Shown here: in pieces, positions 17,971-26,609 of the stretch
How positions within the stretch are numbered: the stretch's first letter is position 1
How the letters are laid out: each line of letters starts with the position of its first letter
IMG/VR virus record: IMGVR_UViG_3300038409_000042
Reading direction: 5' to 3' (one strand)
DNA from: a virus
Lineage: Duplodnaviria; Heunggongvirae; Uroviricota; Caudoviricetes
DNA length: 64,000 nt
Program-made: the position numbers and the translations under genes
Notes under the pieces: generated by a model
Seen by the model: the letters and a program-made list of their open reading frames with translations, nothing else
Databases searched by the model: none
What the model was told of the DNA's origin: nothing

Positions 17971-18454
17971 CAAGAAGGTCTGGACGCCTGAATATTTCAG
18001 CGCCGAAGACTTTGTTCGTGAATCTAACGCGATTGAAAATATCTATCGTGATCCAACTCCAGAGGAAATAGCAGAGCATGAGCGCTTCCAGCGCTTAGAG
18101 AAAGTTACCTTATCGGACATGGAGCAATTCGTTTCTATCTACGCTCCAAATAATGTCCTGCGTCGACAGAGGGGATGGGACGTTCGAATCGGGGGCTACA
18201 TAGCCCCGAGAGGCGGCCCCGAGATCGAGACGCGTCTTCAATCTATCCTGGATAGGTGCGTTAGTCGCAATCCATATGCCTACGATAATGCATGGACAAT
18301 CCACGTGGATTATGAAAAACTCCATCCCTTCACGGATGGCAATGGTCGCTCCGGGCGAGCCCTCTGGCTATGGACAATGAATAATATGGCTCCGCTTGGG
18401 TTCCTGCGTCATTTCTATTATCAAACTCTCAGCAAGCAAAGTTCGATCGGATGA
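17951..18454 (+). CDS. Fic/Doc-family protein (AMPylation-type fido domain)
   Basis: Canonical Fic motif HPFTDGNGRSGR (HxFx[D/E]GNGRxxR). 167 aa. GTG start overlapping the nrdB end by 20 nt. Confidence 0.75.
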   Translation: MYRVQPDKKVWTPEYFSAEDFVRESNAIENIYRDPTPEEIAEHERFQRLEKVTLSDMEQFVSIYAPNNVLRRQRGWDVRIGGYIAPRGGPEIETRLQSILDRCVSRNPYAYDNAWTIHVDYEKLHPFTDGNGRSGRALWLWTMNNMAPLGFLRHFYYQTLSKQSSIG

Positions 18455-19005
18455 ACAAAACACCAGTCGTTTATGATAAAGTCTCCATGTCTGACAGGAT
18501 TGAAGACTTTATGGACAGTTTGCCGCTACCGCGCTTTGTCCGTTATCCTTTAACGGTAGCAAATGATGTAAAATGGTGGCTCCTTCATAGATTCCATCCA
18601 AAACATAGATATCATGTCCTTAATACCGGGCTTAAGCCAAACTATTATGACATAGATACGATCATGCTTCATGGATGCATGAAGCTCCTTGACCGCTATA
18701 TTGAAATAGAACGTAACGGAGAGGATAGGTTTGCAGCCTATGTTGTGGGTCTAGAGGAAGACCTGAAAAACCAAGAACTTTCCGAATATGAAAAACCCCT
18801 AGCGGAACAAGTGGAAAATGAAAGAATCGCCCTCGACATTTATCGTTGGTGGCATGATCGCGAGGCAGCCTGGAACAAGAATGACGAAGATTACGAAAAA
18901 AACCACGATATCAAGGCCCACCTTGAAAGAGAAAGAGAACTCTGGAACGAAGACGAAAAAAGGCTCACACAACTCGTTAAGATCAGAACTTCTCTGTGGA
19001 CCTAG
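18451..19005 (+). CDS. hypothetical protein
   Basis: 184-aa ORF with ATGA overlap to the Fic stop. Confidence 0.5.
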   Translation: MNKTPVVYDKVSMSDRIEDFMDSLPLPRFVRYPLTVANDVKWWLLHRFHPKHRYHVLNTGLKPNYYDIDTIMLHGCMKLLDRYIEIERNGEDRFAAYVVGLEEDLKNQELSEYEKPLAEQVENERIALDIYRWWHDREAAWNKNDEDYEKNHDIKAHLERERELWNEDEKRLTQLVKIRTSLWT

Positions 19006-19170
19006 ATATCCAATATTTCTAGCTCCAGATGATCCTAGAATCAACCATCCTGGGATAGGGCCGTCTATGATTCAGACCGCGAAAAAAACATCTCAGGCTA
19101 GAGAGGAACCTAAACCCGGAAAGGCATGGTCGTTCCGTAGCGAACAACACGGATACAAGAAGAGAGCAAA

Positions 19171-19548
19171 ATGATTCCAGTACTAGTCTGTGGCGGGAGG
19201 CGATACGATAATCGGAATCTCGTATTCAAAACCCTCTACAAGGTACATGAGGATCATGGAATTTTCTATCTTATCAATGGATGGGCTAGGGGAGCAGACG
19301 AGCTAGCACGGGATTTTTGTTGGCAGGCAAAGATTCCGTGCTGGAACTTTCCGGCTGATTGGGACAAAGAGGGGCTTAAAGCTGGTTTTCTAAGAAACAT
19401 TAAGATGTTGAATTTAGGAAAACCTAAGTTAATAATAGCATTTCCAGGTGGACCCGGCACAGCTGACATGATACGACGTGGCAAGCAAGCTGGGGTAACA
19501 GTACAGGAAATCAATGACCCAACAGCCATACAAAATAATTTTTCTTGA
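19171..19548 (+). CDS. Rossmann-like SLOG/DUF2493-type protein
   Basis: VLVCGGRRY ... GADELA ... AFPGGPGTADM pattern typical of the LOG/DprA-like SLOG fold. By eye only. Confidence 0.4.
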   Translation: MIPVLVCGGRRYDNRNLVFKTLYKVHEDHGIFYLINGWARGADELARDFCWQAKIPCWNFPADWDKEGLKAGFLRNIKMLNLGKPKLIIAFPGGPGTADMIRRGKQAGVTVQEINDPTAIQNNFS

Positions 19549-20008
19549 CGTTGACGGCGTTCTCAACCGGACCAGCGGTCCTAGTTTCCTGACAGTTCCT
19601 GGCCTCATGATGGCTCCGCCATTCATTGTCGAGCGGAACATTGTTGAGTACTTCGTAGAGACAATTAGTAAATATCCAGACATTCGTGTTGTCGTGTCAT
19701 CAACGTGGCGATTTCATTGTGACAGTCCAGAAATGTTTAGCGATGCTACAGGCGTCCCTCATAGACTCCTGCATCCTGACTGGCGTCTCCAGACCCTAGG
19801 AGGAGAGGATCGTCCAGAAGATGTAAAGCAGTGGCTTACACTTCATCCCGAAATCACTGAATACGTGATAATTGACGATACTAAATACGCCTTCACACTC
19901 GTACTTCAAAGGGAGCCTATTTTTGTGAGAACGAGAGAGGATCGGGGTTTAACTCAACAAAATCTACATCAGGCCCTTACAATCCTGGGCCTAGACCCAC
20001 GGAAGTAG
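19514..20008 (+). CDS. HAD-superfamily hydrolase (phosphatase/nucleotidase-like)
   Basis: Motif I FLDVDGVLN (DxDG[TV]). Downstream VVVSST and IIDD motifs. Confidence 0.65.
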   Translation: MTQQPYKIIFLDVDGVLNRTSGPSFLTVPGLMMAPPFIVERNIVEYFVETISKYPDIRVVVSSTWRFHCDSPEMFSDATGVPHRLLHPDWRLQTLGGEDRPEDVKQWLTLHPEITEYVIIDDTKYAFTLVLQREPIFVRTREDRGLTQQNLHQALTILGLDPRK

Positions 20009-20345
20009 AAGAGCAGCAATACTGTCCCTTGTATTCCTCTGGCAGACCCACCTCTTGCCGGCTCCTTACGCCATACAGAAGCCATTGCTCATAGCGGTAG
20101 CCGAAACACCAAAGAGCATGAGAGTACGACGAACGGCCATGGGGATTGCGACTGACCGACCTTCTCAGACGAGCTGCTATTCTTCCACGTTGAAACGCCT
20201 CCTTATCGCCCAGCCTTCCAAAGGCTGGAGTTCTTTTCTTTTTGTCATTTTCCTGTTTCTGGCGGCGCTCCTGCGCCGCTACCCGGATAGCCTCCAGTTC
20301 TGTATCCGCGCATTGATCCTCCTCACCCAACAGTACTGCTCCCAA
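19977..20345 (-). CDS. hypothetical basic protein (uncertain; competing plus-strand ORF 20055-20363)
   Basis: 122-aa ORF in a GC-rich stretch. Overlaps the HAD gene end. Confidence 0.3.
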   Translation of the reverse strand: MGAVLLGEEDQCADTELEAIRVAAQERRQKQENDKKKRTPAFGRLGDKEAFQRGRIAARLRRSVSRNPHGRSSYSHALWCFGYRYEQWLLYGVRSRQEVGLPEEYKGQYCCSSTSVGLGPGL

Positions 20346-20605
20346 GTGAGATCATCCCTATAGTTTCTCATGATCCGACCGCATGAGCAACGATAAACTC
20401 TGATCATCCATCGCTTCCTACCAGTCGGGCCAGTCACTTCCTTGCGGCTTGGTCTGCACAAATGATCGACTGGCAAGCCATTCGAGAGGATCGTTGTTTC
20501 GCTGGAGCCAAGCAACCTTGCTATCAGCTCCAGATCGCCAGGAAGGAAAGAAATCGTCAGGAACGTGCTCGATACAGTACCATCGCTGTAAACCATTCTG
20601 GACAA
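20279..20605 (-). CDS. hypothetical protein with CxxC pair (uncertain)
   Basis: 108-aa ORF with RVYRCSCGRIM. Overlaps neighbouring ORFs. Confidence 0.3.
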   Translation of the reverse strand: MSRMVYSDGTVSSTFLTISFLPGDLELIARLLGSSETTILSNGLPVDHLCRPSRKEVTGPTGRKRWMIRVYRCSCGRIMRNYRDDLTWEQYCWVRRINARIQNWRLSG

Positions 20606-20747
20606 CTCCTAGGCCGCCGAACTCGCCACAGTGACAATAATGACCCTTAATCATCTCCTTGGTCATCAGCTGGACGGATGAATCCAAGCCTGACGGCCTC
20701 CGCGTAGTAGCCATTGGTATTCCTATGATAGGCCAACTCGCCTGCAT
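20418..20747 (-). CDS. hypothetical protein with HYCHCGEF motif; real start probably an internal Met near 20654-20666
   Basis: 109-aa ORF overlapping both neighbours. Confidence 0.3.
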   Translation of the reverse strand: MQASWPIIGIPMATTRRPSGLDSSVQLMTKEMIKGHYCHCGEFGGLGVVQNGLQRWYCIEHVPDDFFPSWRSGADSKVAWLQRNNDPLEWLASRSFVQTKPQGSDWPDW

Positions 20748-20997
20748 CTGTCAGGCGAAAGCCGCCCTCTCTCTTTATCTTGCCTCCTGGCGGGCCTCCA
20801 GAGGATCGGGGCGGACGATGAATAAAACCCTTATCGGCCAATTCTTGCATCGTGCGACTAATAATCTGTCTGCGAATGCCAATCAGCTTCTCAAGATCAA
20901 ACGTAGTCGGAATGCGGTTATATTTAAGAAAATAATAAATGACAGCTGTAATAAGCCTTATTTCACTGCCATTTAGTTCAGATTTTTCTGTTCCCAT
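20647..20997 (-). CDS. winged-helix/HTH transcriptional regulator
   Basis: LIGIRRQIISRTMQELADKGFI is a helix-turn-helix-like segment. 116 aa. Confidence 0.5.
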   Translation of the reverse strand: MGTEKSELNGSEIRLITAVIYYFLKYNRIPTTFDLEKLIGIRRQIISRTMQELADKGFIHRPPRSSGGPPGGKIKREGGFRLTDAGELAYHRNTNGYYAEAVRLGFIRPADDQGDD

Positions 20998-21221
20998 TTC
21001 TTAAATTGATCAATTGTAAATGCCTCAAAATCCTTCTTAATTTCAGGCCACATTACTCTCGCCTGTTCCTCAGACAGAAATCCATGCGCCGAATGAAATA
21101 GTATCAAGTGTCCTAAGGCATAAGCAGTTCCATGGATAGCATCTTCCGGGTTCTCATTTTGGAGAGCCTGGATCATGTTCATGGCGATCAAATTGGATTT
21201 GAAACTTGGTTTTTCCAGCAT
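20973..21221 (-). CDS. hypothetical protein
   Basis: 82-aa ORF. Confidence 0.45.
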   Translation of the reverse strand: MLEKPSFKSNLIAMNMIQALQNENPEDAIHGTAYALGHLILFHSAHGFLSEEQARVMWPEIKKDFEAFTIDQFKKWEQKNLN

Positions 21222-21372
21222 GGCTCCATTGTCTAGCGATTGATTGGGGCAGTCAAGATTGTTTCTTTATCACACCTCTCGCTCTTTGATGCCGAAGCAA
21301 TCATGCTTGTAATTGCGAGACACATAACGGCAAAGATAGCAACTATTTGCCAGCCTGACAGTTTCATAGATT

Positions 21373-21975
21373 CTACCCCCTCGATTCTTCGATGACACAT
21401 TCTCTTGCCCCTGCCGAAATTTGGGCGGCAAAAGCCAGTTCAGATTCCTCACCTTCCTCTTGAATATCCTGATCTTTGGCTTTAGGTTCACACGAACGGG
21501 CTTTAGCTTCAACTCCAAAGTCAATAAGCCTTTCCAGGGCCTCACGAGCGCTCTCTTCCAAGACCCTGATCCTGTCTTGGAGGGTATCTACGTAGTTCCC
21601 ATCGAACGGGACGCGCTTAAGCGCTTCGTTAAGGTCTTCCGTCGCTTTGAGAGCTTCTGTCTCAAAGTTTGCCGCATCTGACAGGAGCGAAAATGCCTCT
21701 GTGTTGTTAGATATTTCTTCTAATACAACACCTATCGCTTCAACAATATCTGCCACAGACAGAATATTATAGAAAAGTGTGCTGATCACGAAGACAGCAT
21801 TGACCTTTGATTGGTCTTTCTCTTCTGTTAAGAATGATTCATTGATTTTATTGTCAAAATTATGCTCATAAGCAATCCCGGTCGTGTTCATATTGAACTC
21901 TACCGCAAGCTTACGTATGAGAGTGGCCGTTTCCTTGGCTTGAAGCGCTATTTTGGCATTGATTTGGGTTTCCAT
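21373..21975 (-). CDS. hypothetical acidic protein
   Basis: 200-aa ORF; first gene of a leftward unit diverging from 22005. Confidence 0.5.
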   Translation of the reverse strand: METQINAKIALQAKETATLIRKLAVEFNMNTTGIAYEHNFDNKINESFLTEEKDQSKVNAVFVISTLFYNILSVADIVEAIGVVLEEISNNTEAFSLLSDAANFETEALKATEDLNEALKRVPFDGNYVDTLQDRIRVLEESAREALERLIDFGVEAKARSCEPKAKDQDIQEEGEESELAFAAQISAGARECVIEESRG

Positions 21976-22004
21976 TTGCCTTACATTCCCTTAAAATTGA
22001 AGTT

Positions 22005-22643
22005 ATGGACGAACAAAGACCAGAGAGTGAAGTTAGCGACAATATCGTTCGCTTTCAACTACCTCCTAAGCCCGGTTCTACTGGTAGAGCTGGCCGTAAA
22101 CATCCTCATCTGGCCGACAGAAGTACGGAAAACGCCCTTAAAAAGGTGCGCCAACGGGCCGAGAAGCTGAATACCGGCTCTAAACCCGCAGACGAAAGCG
22201 GCACGACGGAGCTTGAGACGCAAGATGAAGATTTTTGCCAGTATATTGTGGCAGGATTTAGCATCGCCGGAGCCTATAGACAAGCGTATCAACCAGAAGA
22301 CCCCCACAATCCTAGGATTGCAGTACGCGCCTATGAGAAGGTCCGCAAGAATATAAGCATTATTCAGAGGATTAACTGTCTCTTAATAGAGAAACGCAAT
22401 ACTCTGGTCGATGAGGCGGAAAGAATCCGCTTTCTCATCCGTCATAGACTTGAGCATGAAGCCACGACGGCCCATGACGGTGGAACCAGACTCAAGGCTT
22501 TGGAGCTTCTTGGCAAAATCCCAGAAGTGGCAGCTTTCGAAGAGCGCCGAGTGAACGTCAGTATTGACGAGAACAGTTCGCCAGAGAAGATCAAGGCTGA
22601 GCTGGAGCAGAGACTTAAGAGGCTCGGTATTTCACCGAAGTAA
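22005..22643 (+). CDS. putative terminase small subunit (Terminase_2-like)
   Basis: FCQYIVAGFSIAGAYRQAY resembles the F..Y...GN...A...AGY HTH of small terminases. LKALELLGKIPEV resembles the LLGK motif. Confidence 0.5.
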   Translation: MDEQRPESEVSDNIVRFQLPPKPGSTGRAGRKHPHLADRSTENALKKVRQRAEKLNTGSKPADESGTTELETQDEDFCQYIVAGFSIAGAYRQAYQPEDPHNPRIAVRAYEKVRKNISIIQRINCLLIEKRNTLVDEAERIRFLIRHRLEHEATTAHDGGTRLKALELLGKIPEVAAFEERRVNVSIDENSSPEKIKAELEQRLKRLGISPK

Positions 22644-23057
22644 TCTCATCTTCTTCCGGTATCTGTTCAAGACAGCGCCGACAGTGTGAGCAGTTATTTC
22701 CTTGTAACCGAGGAAATACATAATCTCAGCGATCTTCACACGACCAACAGAATTTCCAGATTTGTACTTTACTGATTTATAAATGTTAATGATCATATCA
22801 TTGCGGTCAGGCAATGCCGCCACGGCCGCTTCTCTTACGGAAGAGACGTTCGCAGATCGCATCAACGCCCTCTCCCTTCTTTTGATTGACGGCAATAGCG
22901 ATTGCCAAGCACGCCATCCTGTGAACCGACCTTGCCGGATGTTCCCATAAATCGTCAAAGAGTTCCCTCGATATACATTTGTTTGCAATGGACACCTCTT
23001 CCCAAGTAACCTCTTCCTCTTCAAGAATAAACTCCAGTGAGGGACGAATTTCAACAT
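22632..23057 (-). CDS. hypothetical protein (overlaps 22807-23142; likely shorter, start near 22793)
   Basis: 141-aa ORF. The C-terminal ~54 aa look protein-like. Confidence 0.3.
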   Translation of the reverse strand: MLKFVPHWSLFLKRKRLLGKRCPLQTNVYRGNSLTIYGNIRQGRFTGWRAWQSLLPSIKRRERALMRSANVSSVREAAVAALPDRNDMIINIYKSVKYKSGNSVGRVKIAEIMYFLGYKEITAHTVGAVLNRYRKKMRLLR

Positions 23058-23142
23058 CCTCAGGTCCTGGATGTTGGAAGAGGAAGAGACTACCTTGGGG
23101 GTCTCTCTTAAGGGGTATTAACCGACCCTTTTGTGCGCCCAT
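22807..23142 (-). CDS. hypothetical acidic protein
   Basis: 111-aa ORF. Confidence 0.4.
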   Translation of the reverse strand: MGAQKGRLIPLKRDPQGSLFLFQHPGPEDVEIRPSLEFILEEEEVTWEEVSIANKCISRELFDDLWEHPARSVHRMACLAIAIAVNQKKGEGVDAICERLFRKRSGRGGIA

Positions 23143-23471
23143 TGAACAAGCTCAGCCATGAACTTCTTCTTCATCTTCAGCTTGGCCGGGTCCAGCTGCT
23201 TCAGCAACGACTCGTATGAAGAGACCGTCATCTGGTCCAGCGATCTCGCCAGACTGTCCAGTCGTTCCGAAACGACTGTGGACTCTTTCTGTGGCAATTC
23301 CACGACCTTGTTCTCGTGATTGAGAGGGAACATTCTTGCTTTCTCCTTTAGGGAGGGCCATCTGCCCTCCTGTTTCATTTTGCTCTTGAGCGTGTTGAAT
23401 AAGTCGATCAAGGTGGTGCCGGGCCTTGAGTAAATCAAGTACGCCGCCCTTAAATCGCCAGCGAGAAACAT
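23118..23471 (-). CDS. hypothetical protein (different frame from 23152-23631, overlapping ~320 nt)
   Basis: 117-aa ORF with protein-like composition. A shorter version from an internal Met (~23378 or 23333) is possible. Confidence 0.35.
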   Translation of the reverse strand: MFLAGDLRAAYLIYSRPGTTLIDLFNTLKSKMKQEGRWPSLKEKARMFPLNHENKVVELPQKESTVVSERLDSLARSLDQMTVSSYESLLKQLDPAKLKMKKKFMAELVQWAHKRVG

Positions 23472-23631
23472 AAGATATTACGCAGCCTTCCATGAAGCCA
23501 ATTTCATTTGCCAGGATATAATCCCATGGCTGGATTTTCATACGCAGATAGTGGACGCCTCCATATTGCATATTGGAGGCGCTACCCTTTTCCGGCAAAC
23601 CAATCTCGTCTTGATTCTGTTTCATCTCCAA
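23152..23631 (-). CDS. DUF3310-like phage protein; low-complexity C-terminal extension suggests frame problem
   Basis: N-terminal VHYLRMKIQPWDYILANEIGFMEGCVISYVSRWRFKGGVLDLLKARHHLDRLIQ matches the DUF3310 pattern (HY..I.P.D....F..GNviKY..R...KG...DL.KA..YL.RLI). Confidence 0.5.
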   Translation of the reverse strand: MEMKQNQDEIGLPEKGSASNMQYGGVHYLRMKIQPWDYILANEIGFMEGCVISYVSRWRFKGGVLDLLKARHHLDRLIQHAQEQNETGGQMALPKGESKNVPSQSREQGRGIATERVHSRFGTTGQSGEIAGPDDGLFIRVVAEAAGPGQAEDEEEVHG

Positions 23632-23709
23632 TCTAAAGAGACATTTCTACCATTAGGTCAACCATGACTCTTCTATGGTTGCCACGTTCCCATCACTTTC
23701 TGAGAACTA

Positions 23710-23985
23710 TCAAAAACCTTCGGAGCTGGCATAGGAAGATGTTTTCCAATGTCGTCTGCTCCTGGTTGCATCTTCGTAGCCTTCGGAATCCCCATAAATG
23801 TCCAGGCGTAAAGACTCAATTTTTTTTCCCGCTTCTTCACCGGCAAGCTCCCTTAATCTATCTCTAGCATTCTGATCCCAAAGGTGACTTTTGAGATGGG
23901 TTATAAGCCGATTGATCTTGGCCCTAACAACACAGCCGGGCTGTTGGTAAACCCTCTTAATGGGTTTATGTTTCTTTCTTCTCAT
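23710..23985 (-). CDS. hypothetical basic protein
   Basis: 91-aa ORF. Confidence 0.4.
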   Translation of the reverse strand: MRRKKHKPIKRVYQQPGCVVRAKINRLITHLKSHLWDQNARDRLRELAGEEAGKKIESLRLDIYGDSEGYEDATRSRRHWKTSSYASSEGF

Positions 23986-24003
23986 ACAATAACCCTCTAT
24001 GTC

Positions 24004-24897
24004 CTACTGTTTCATCTCTTCATAGAACCAGTCTGGAGTTTCATCCCTATTCTTTCGTCTAGTGACTGCGGCTCTATAACCCGCTATAGAGCGTCGCTGC
24101 TCTACCTTATCTGGATGCCAATATTCAGGAGCCTTATGTTTCTCATTTTTTAATTTTGTTATCAGACTTTTCTCTGAGCATCCCGCTTCTTCCGCTGCAT
24201 CTTTTGGGTGCAGCCCATGGCTTACTACCAGATCGAACCCTTTGTCCAGGGCCGCTCTTTTTAATCTGAATTTTTTTGAATCGCATAAATATCTCCCGCT
24301 AGTAAGTCTAAAGATTCTCCCGCTGACCGCATCATAGGATCGCTTTGGCCCCAGCTTAGCCGCTAGAAGTTGATGATGAATCACCCAAACTTCAATCCCC
24401 TGTTTCTTCCTCGCCAAGATGAAAGCATCTTCCTCTTCCGACCACAAGCGGACATAAGCATTCTTGGGGCTAGGATAATCGTTCTTCCGGTCGATCCATT
24501 GTGCAAGAGCATGCGCATATGTTCCGGCTTGGCGAATAGCGCGTAGATGCTTTCTGACGGACTGAGGCTGTATCCGCAACCTCTCAGCAATTGATTTAAT
24601 CCTCTCATTTGGAGAGCGAACATCCGCCTTGTTTTCGTAAATGTCAAGAACGCTCTGCCGCCGAGACTTACCAGGGACAATCCGTTTCCATGTCGGTTTA
24701 TCAGCTTCATAACCATACTTCCTAAGATTATAAATGTAGACCGCAAGTACCGGCCTACTGACGCCCTTATATTCAGAATAGTCATAGCGAGTGTACCCGG
24801 CATAAAGAAACCAAAGAAGCTCCAGCTCCCTCGGTCTCAAGTCAGGATAATGCCTTTGCTTACCTGTACGTTTCCATCTAGGCATTACACGAGACAC
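24004..24897 (-). CDS. DNA-binding protein with two LuxR/sigma-70-region-4-like HTH motifs
   Basis: HTH-like segments LRPRELELLWFLYAGYTRYDYSEYKGVSRPVLAVYIYNLRKYGY and IKSIAERLRIQPQSVRKHLRAIRQAG. 297 aa. Confidence 0.5.
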   Translation of the reverse strand: MSRVMPRWKRTGKQRHYPDLRPRELELLWFLYAGYTRYDYSEYKGVSRPVLAVYIYNLRKYGYEADKPTWKRIVPGKSRRQSVLDIYENKADVRSPNERIKSIAERLRIQPQSVRKHLRAIRQAGTYAHALAQWIDRKNDYPSPKNAYVRLWSEEEDAFILARKKQGIEVWVIHHQLLAAKLGPKRSYDAVSGRIFRLTSGRYLCDSKKFRLKRAALDKGFDLVVSHGLHPKDAAEEAGCSEKSLITKLKNEKHKAPEYWHPDKVEQRRSIAGYRAAVTRRKNRDETPDWFYEEMKQ

Positions 24898-25251
24898 CCT
24901 CTTAAACGCTTCAGAATGACCGTATAGCGGATTTTTCCAGGAGGTGGATATGGGACCCTATCTAAGCCAGAGAAATGCTCCGCGAAAAGATACGGACTGT
25001 TTTTTGATTATGAAATATTATAAACATCTGAGGGGAACGTCGAGTTCACGAGACGCTTAGCGAATATGTAATATATTAGACGTGTGAGCTAAACAGTAAT
25101 TAAATAAAAGGGCCATCGCGCGCAGGGCTTGGGCGGATGGGGTGCGGGTGGGGGTTGAAAATGTCTCCCTTGCTATATTTCAGGGCCTATCGTATCCTGA
25201 AGATGCGAGACGGGAGGCGATCCTGTCTCCCGTCGACGTGGAGTGCACACC

Positions 25252-25710
25252 ATGACACGCGACGAATTCATTGCCACTCTTCCTGAAGACATGAGGACGG
25301 AAATTGCCGGTCTCGGCGTTCCTGACGAAGTCATCAACCGGATGGCTGGCGTGGACGACAAGAAACGCAAGGGCGCGGTAGCTTTGATGCTGTCGAATGC
25401 CCGGAAACACGGCGGCCCGCGGCGCATTCGGGGAGAGGTGATAAGCCTCTTCATCAAAGCGGCAATCGACGAATACGGGGCGTGGAAGCCCGGCTCGAAT
25501 CGCGATGCGCAATGGCAACAGGTCGCATGGGCGATTCGGAAGCTCGATCCTGAGGGAACGATCGCACTTTGGTGCGGTCTCGGCGATCTCTACAAAAGTT
25601 TGCCGCCTGACCCGAAGGCCAAGACAGAGCAGCCGCCAACGCCACCCCCGCCTGCGGTGATTGTCGAGACCAAAAAATCTCGACAAAAGCAGCAAGGCAA
25701 GCGTCACTAG
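25252..25710 (+). CDS. hypothetical protein encoded in a GC-rich island
   Basis: ATG 25252 (GTG 25243 possible). Followed by a strong terminator at 25721-25757. Pro-rich, basic C-terminus. Confidence 0.5.
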   Translation: MTRDEFIATLPEDMRTEIAGLGVPDEVINRMAGVDDKKRKGAVALMLSNARKHGGPRRIRGEVISLFIKAAIDEYGAWKPGSNRDAQWQQVAWAIRKLDPEGTIALWCGLGDLYKSLPPDPKAKTEQPPTPPPPAVIVETKKSRQKQQGKRH

Positions 25711-25720
25711 TCTCGCAGCG

Positions 25721-25757
25721 CCCCGTCCCGGCGAAAGCCGGGGCGGGGTTTCTTTTG
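25721..25757 (+). terminator. rho-independent terminator
   Basis: CCCCGTCCCGGC-GAAA-GCCGGGGCGGGG followed by TTTCTTTTG. Confidence 0.7.
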
Positions 25758-25973
25758 CCCATTTCCCATAATGCATATTATGCGAGAAGTTTATCGAAAA
25801 GCGATAAGAGCCACTAGCTATCGGACTAGTAGTGCTTGTTTCACAGCCTTATCGAATGTTTCACGCCAGATACTTACAATCGCCTCGTATCCCTGGAAAT
25901 CGGGGCATGATGCCGGTATCATAGGATTGAGGCCAGATCGTGGCCTCTCCTTATATATACGGGAGTGAAACCA

Positions 25974-26225
25974 ATGGAAGTCCAATTGCTCGGCGTTGTC
26001 ATCGGCAAGTGTTCCAAATGGGACGATGGCTCTGACTTTGGCGAAGCGCAGTTCTACGACTTCACCCCCAACGATGTAGGCGAAAAATACAAGCTTCCGG
26101 CTTGTCCAATTCTTTGGATAGACTACGTTGGCGGACTCTTGCGGGTCTATGAGACCAAGGATGCTGAGAAGCATTCAATGCAGTTCGACTGCCGCAAGAT
26201 CATGCTCAATCTAATCCGCAGTTAG
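25974..26225 (+). CDS. hypothetical protein
   Basis: RBS GGGAG 8 nt upstream of ATG 25974. 83 aa. Confidence 0.5.
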   Translation: MEVQLLGVVIGKCSKWDDGSDFGEAQFYDFTPNDVGEKYKLPACPILWIDYVGGLLRVYETKDAEKHSMQFDCRKIMLNLIRS

Positions 26226-26231
26226 CGGAAA

Positions 26232-26266
26232 GGCCCGCTAGCCGAAAGGCTAGCGGGCCTTTTCTT
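26232..26266 (+). terminator. rho-independent terminator
   Basis: GGCCCGCTAGCC-GAAA-GGCTAGCGGGCC followed by TTTTCTT. Confidence 0.75.
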
Positions 26267-26383
26267 ATCCCGCTCCAGCGCAAGCTTAGCGGGAGATATC
26301 CCTAGAGATCGACACTGGCGGGGAGCTACTATTAATAATGGGCAATCTCACCCATAGGTCGTTGACAGAGACGGAGACAATCG

Positions 26384-26605
26384 ATGTGCTCTTATCATCA
26401 AGAACGACTCACCGAAGGACACATGGCGTTGATCCAGGAGAGATCGGATGTGGTCGATATGACCCCTGAAGACCTGGAGCATATCATGACAATGCTTCGG
26501 ACAAGAGGCGGCTCACGGTACAAGGACCTGATCGATGCTCTCGATTCGGTTCTGGAGACTGAGCCGAACCAAGAAGCCTTCCTTGTTATCAGATGCAAGG
26601 AGTAG
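26384..26605 (+). CDS. hypothetical small acidic protein
   Basis: RBS GGAGACAATCGATG. 73 aa. Confidence 0.5.
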   Translation: MCSYHQERLTEGHMALIQERSDVVDMTPEDLEHIMTMLRTRGGSRYKDLIDALDSVLETEPNQEAFLVIRCKE

Positions 26606-26609
26606 GGCC

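Noticed and set aside
18818-19174. Plus-strand 118-aa ORF overlapping 18451-19005 in another frame
   Set aside because: Extremely basic, low-complexity translation and no RBS. The overlapping 184-aa ORF is better supported.
25173-25776. Minus-strand ORFs 25173-25457, 25180-25776 and 25454-25762
   Set aside because: Antisense to the plus-strand gene, which has RBS context and a terminator. They are typical long open frames in a high-GC segment.
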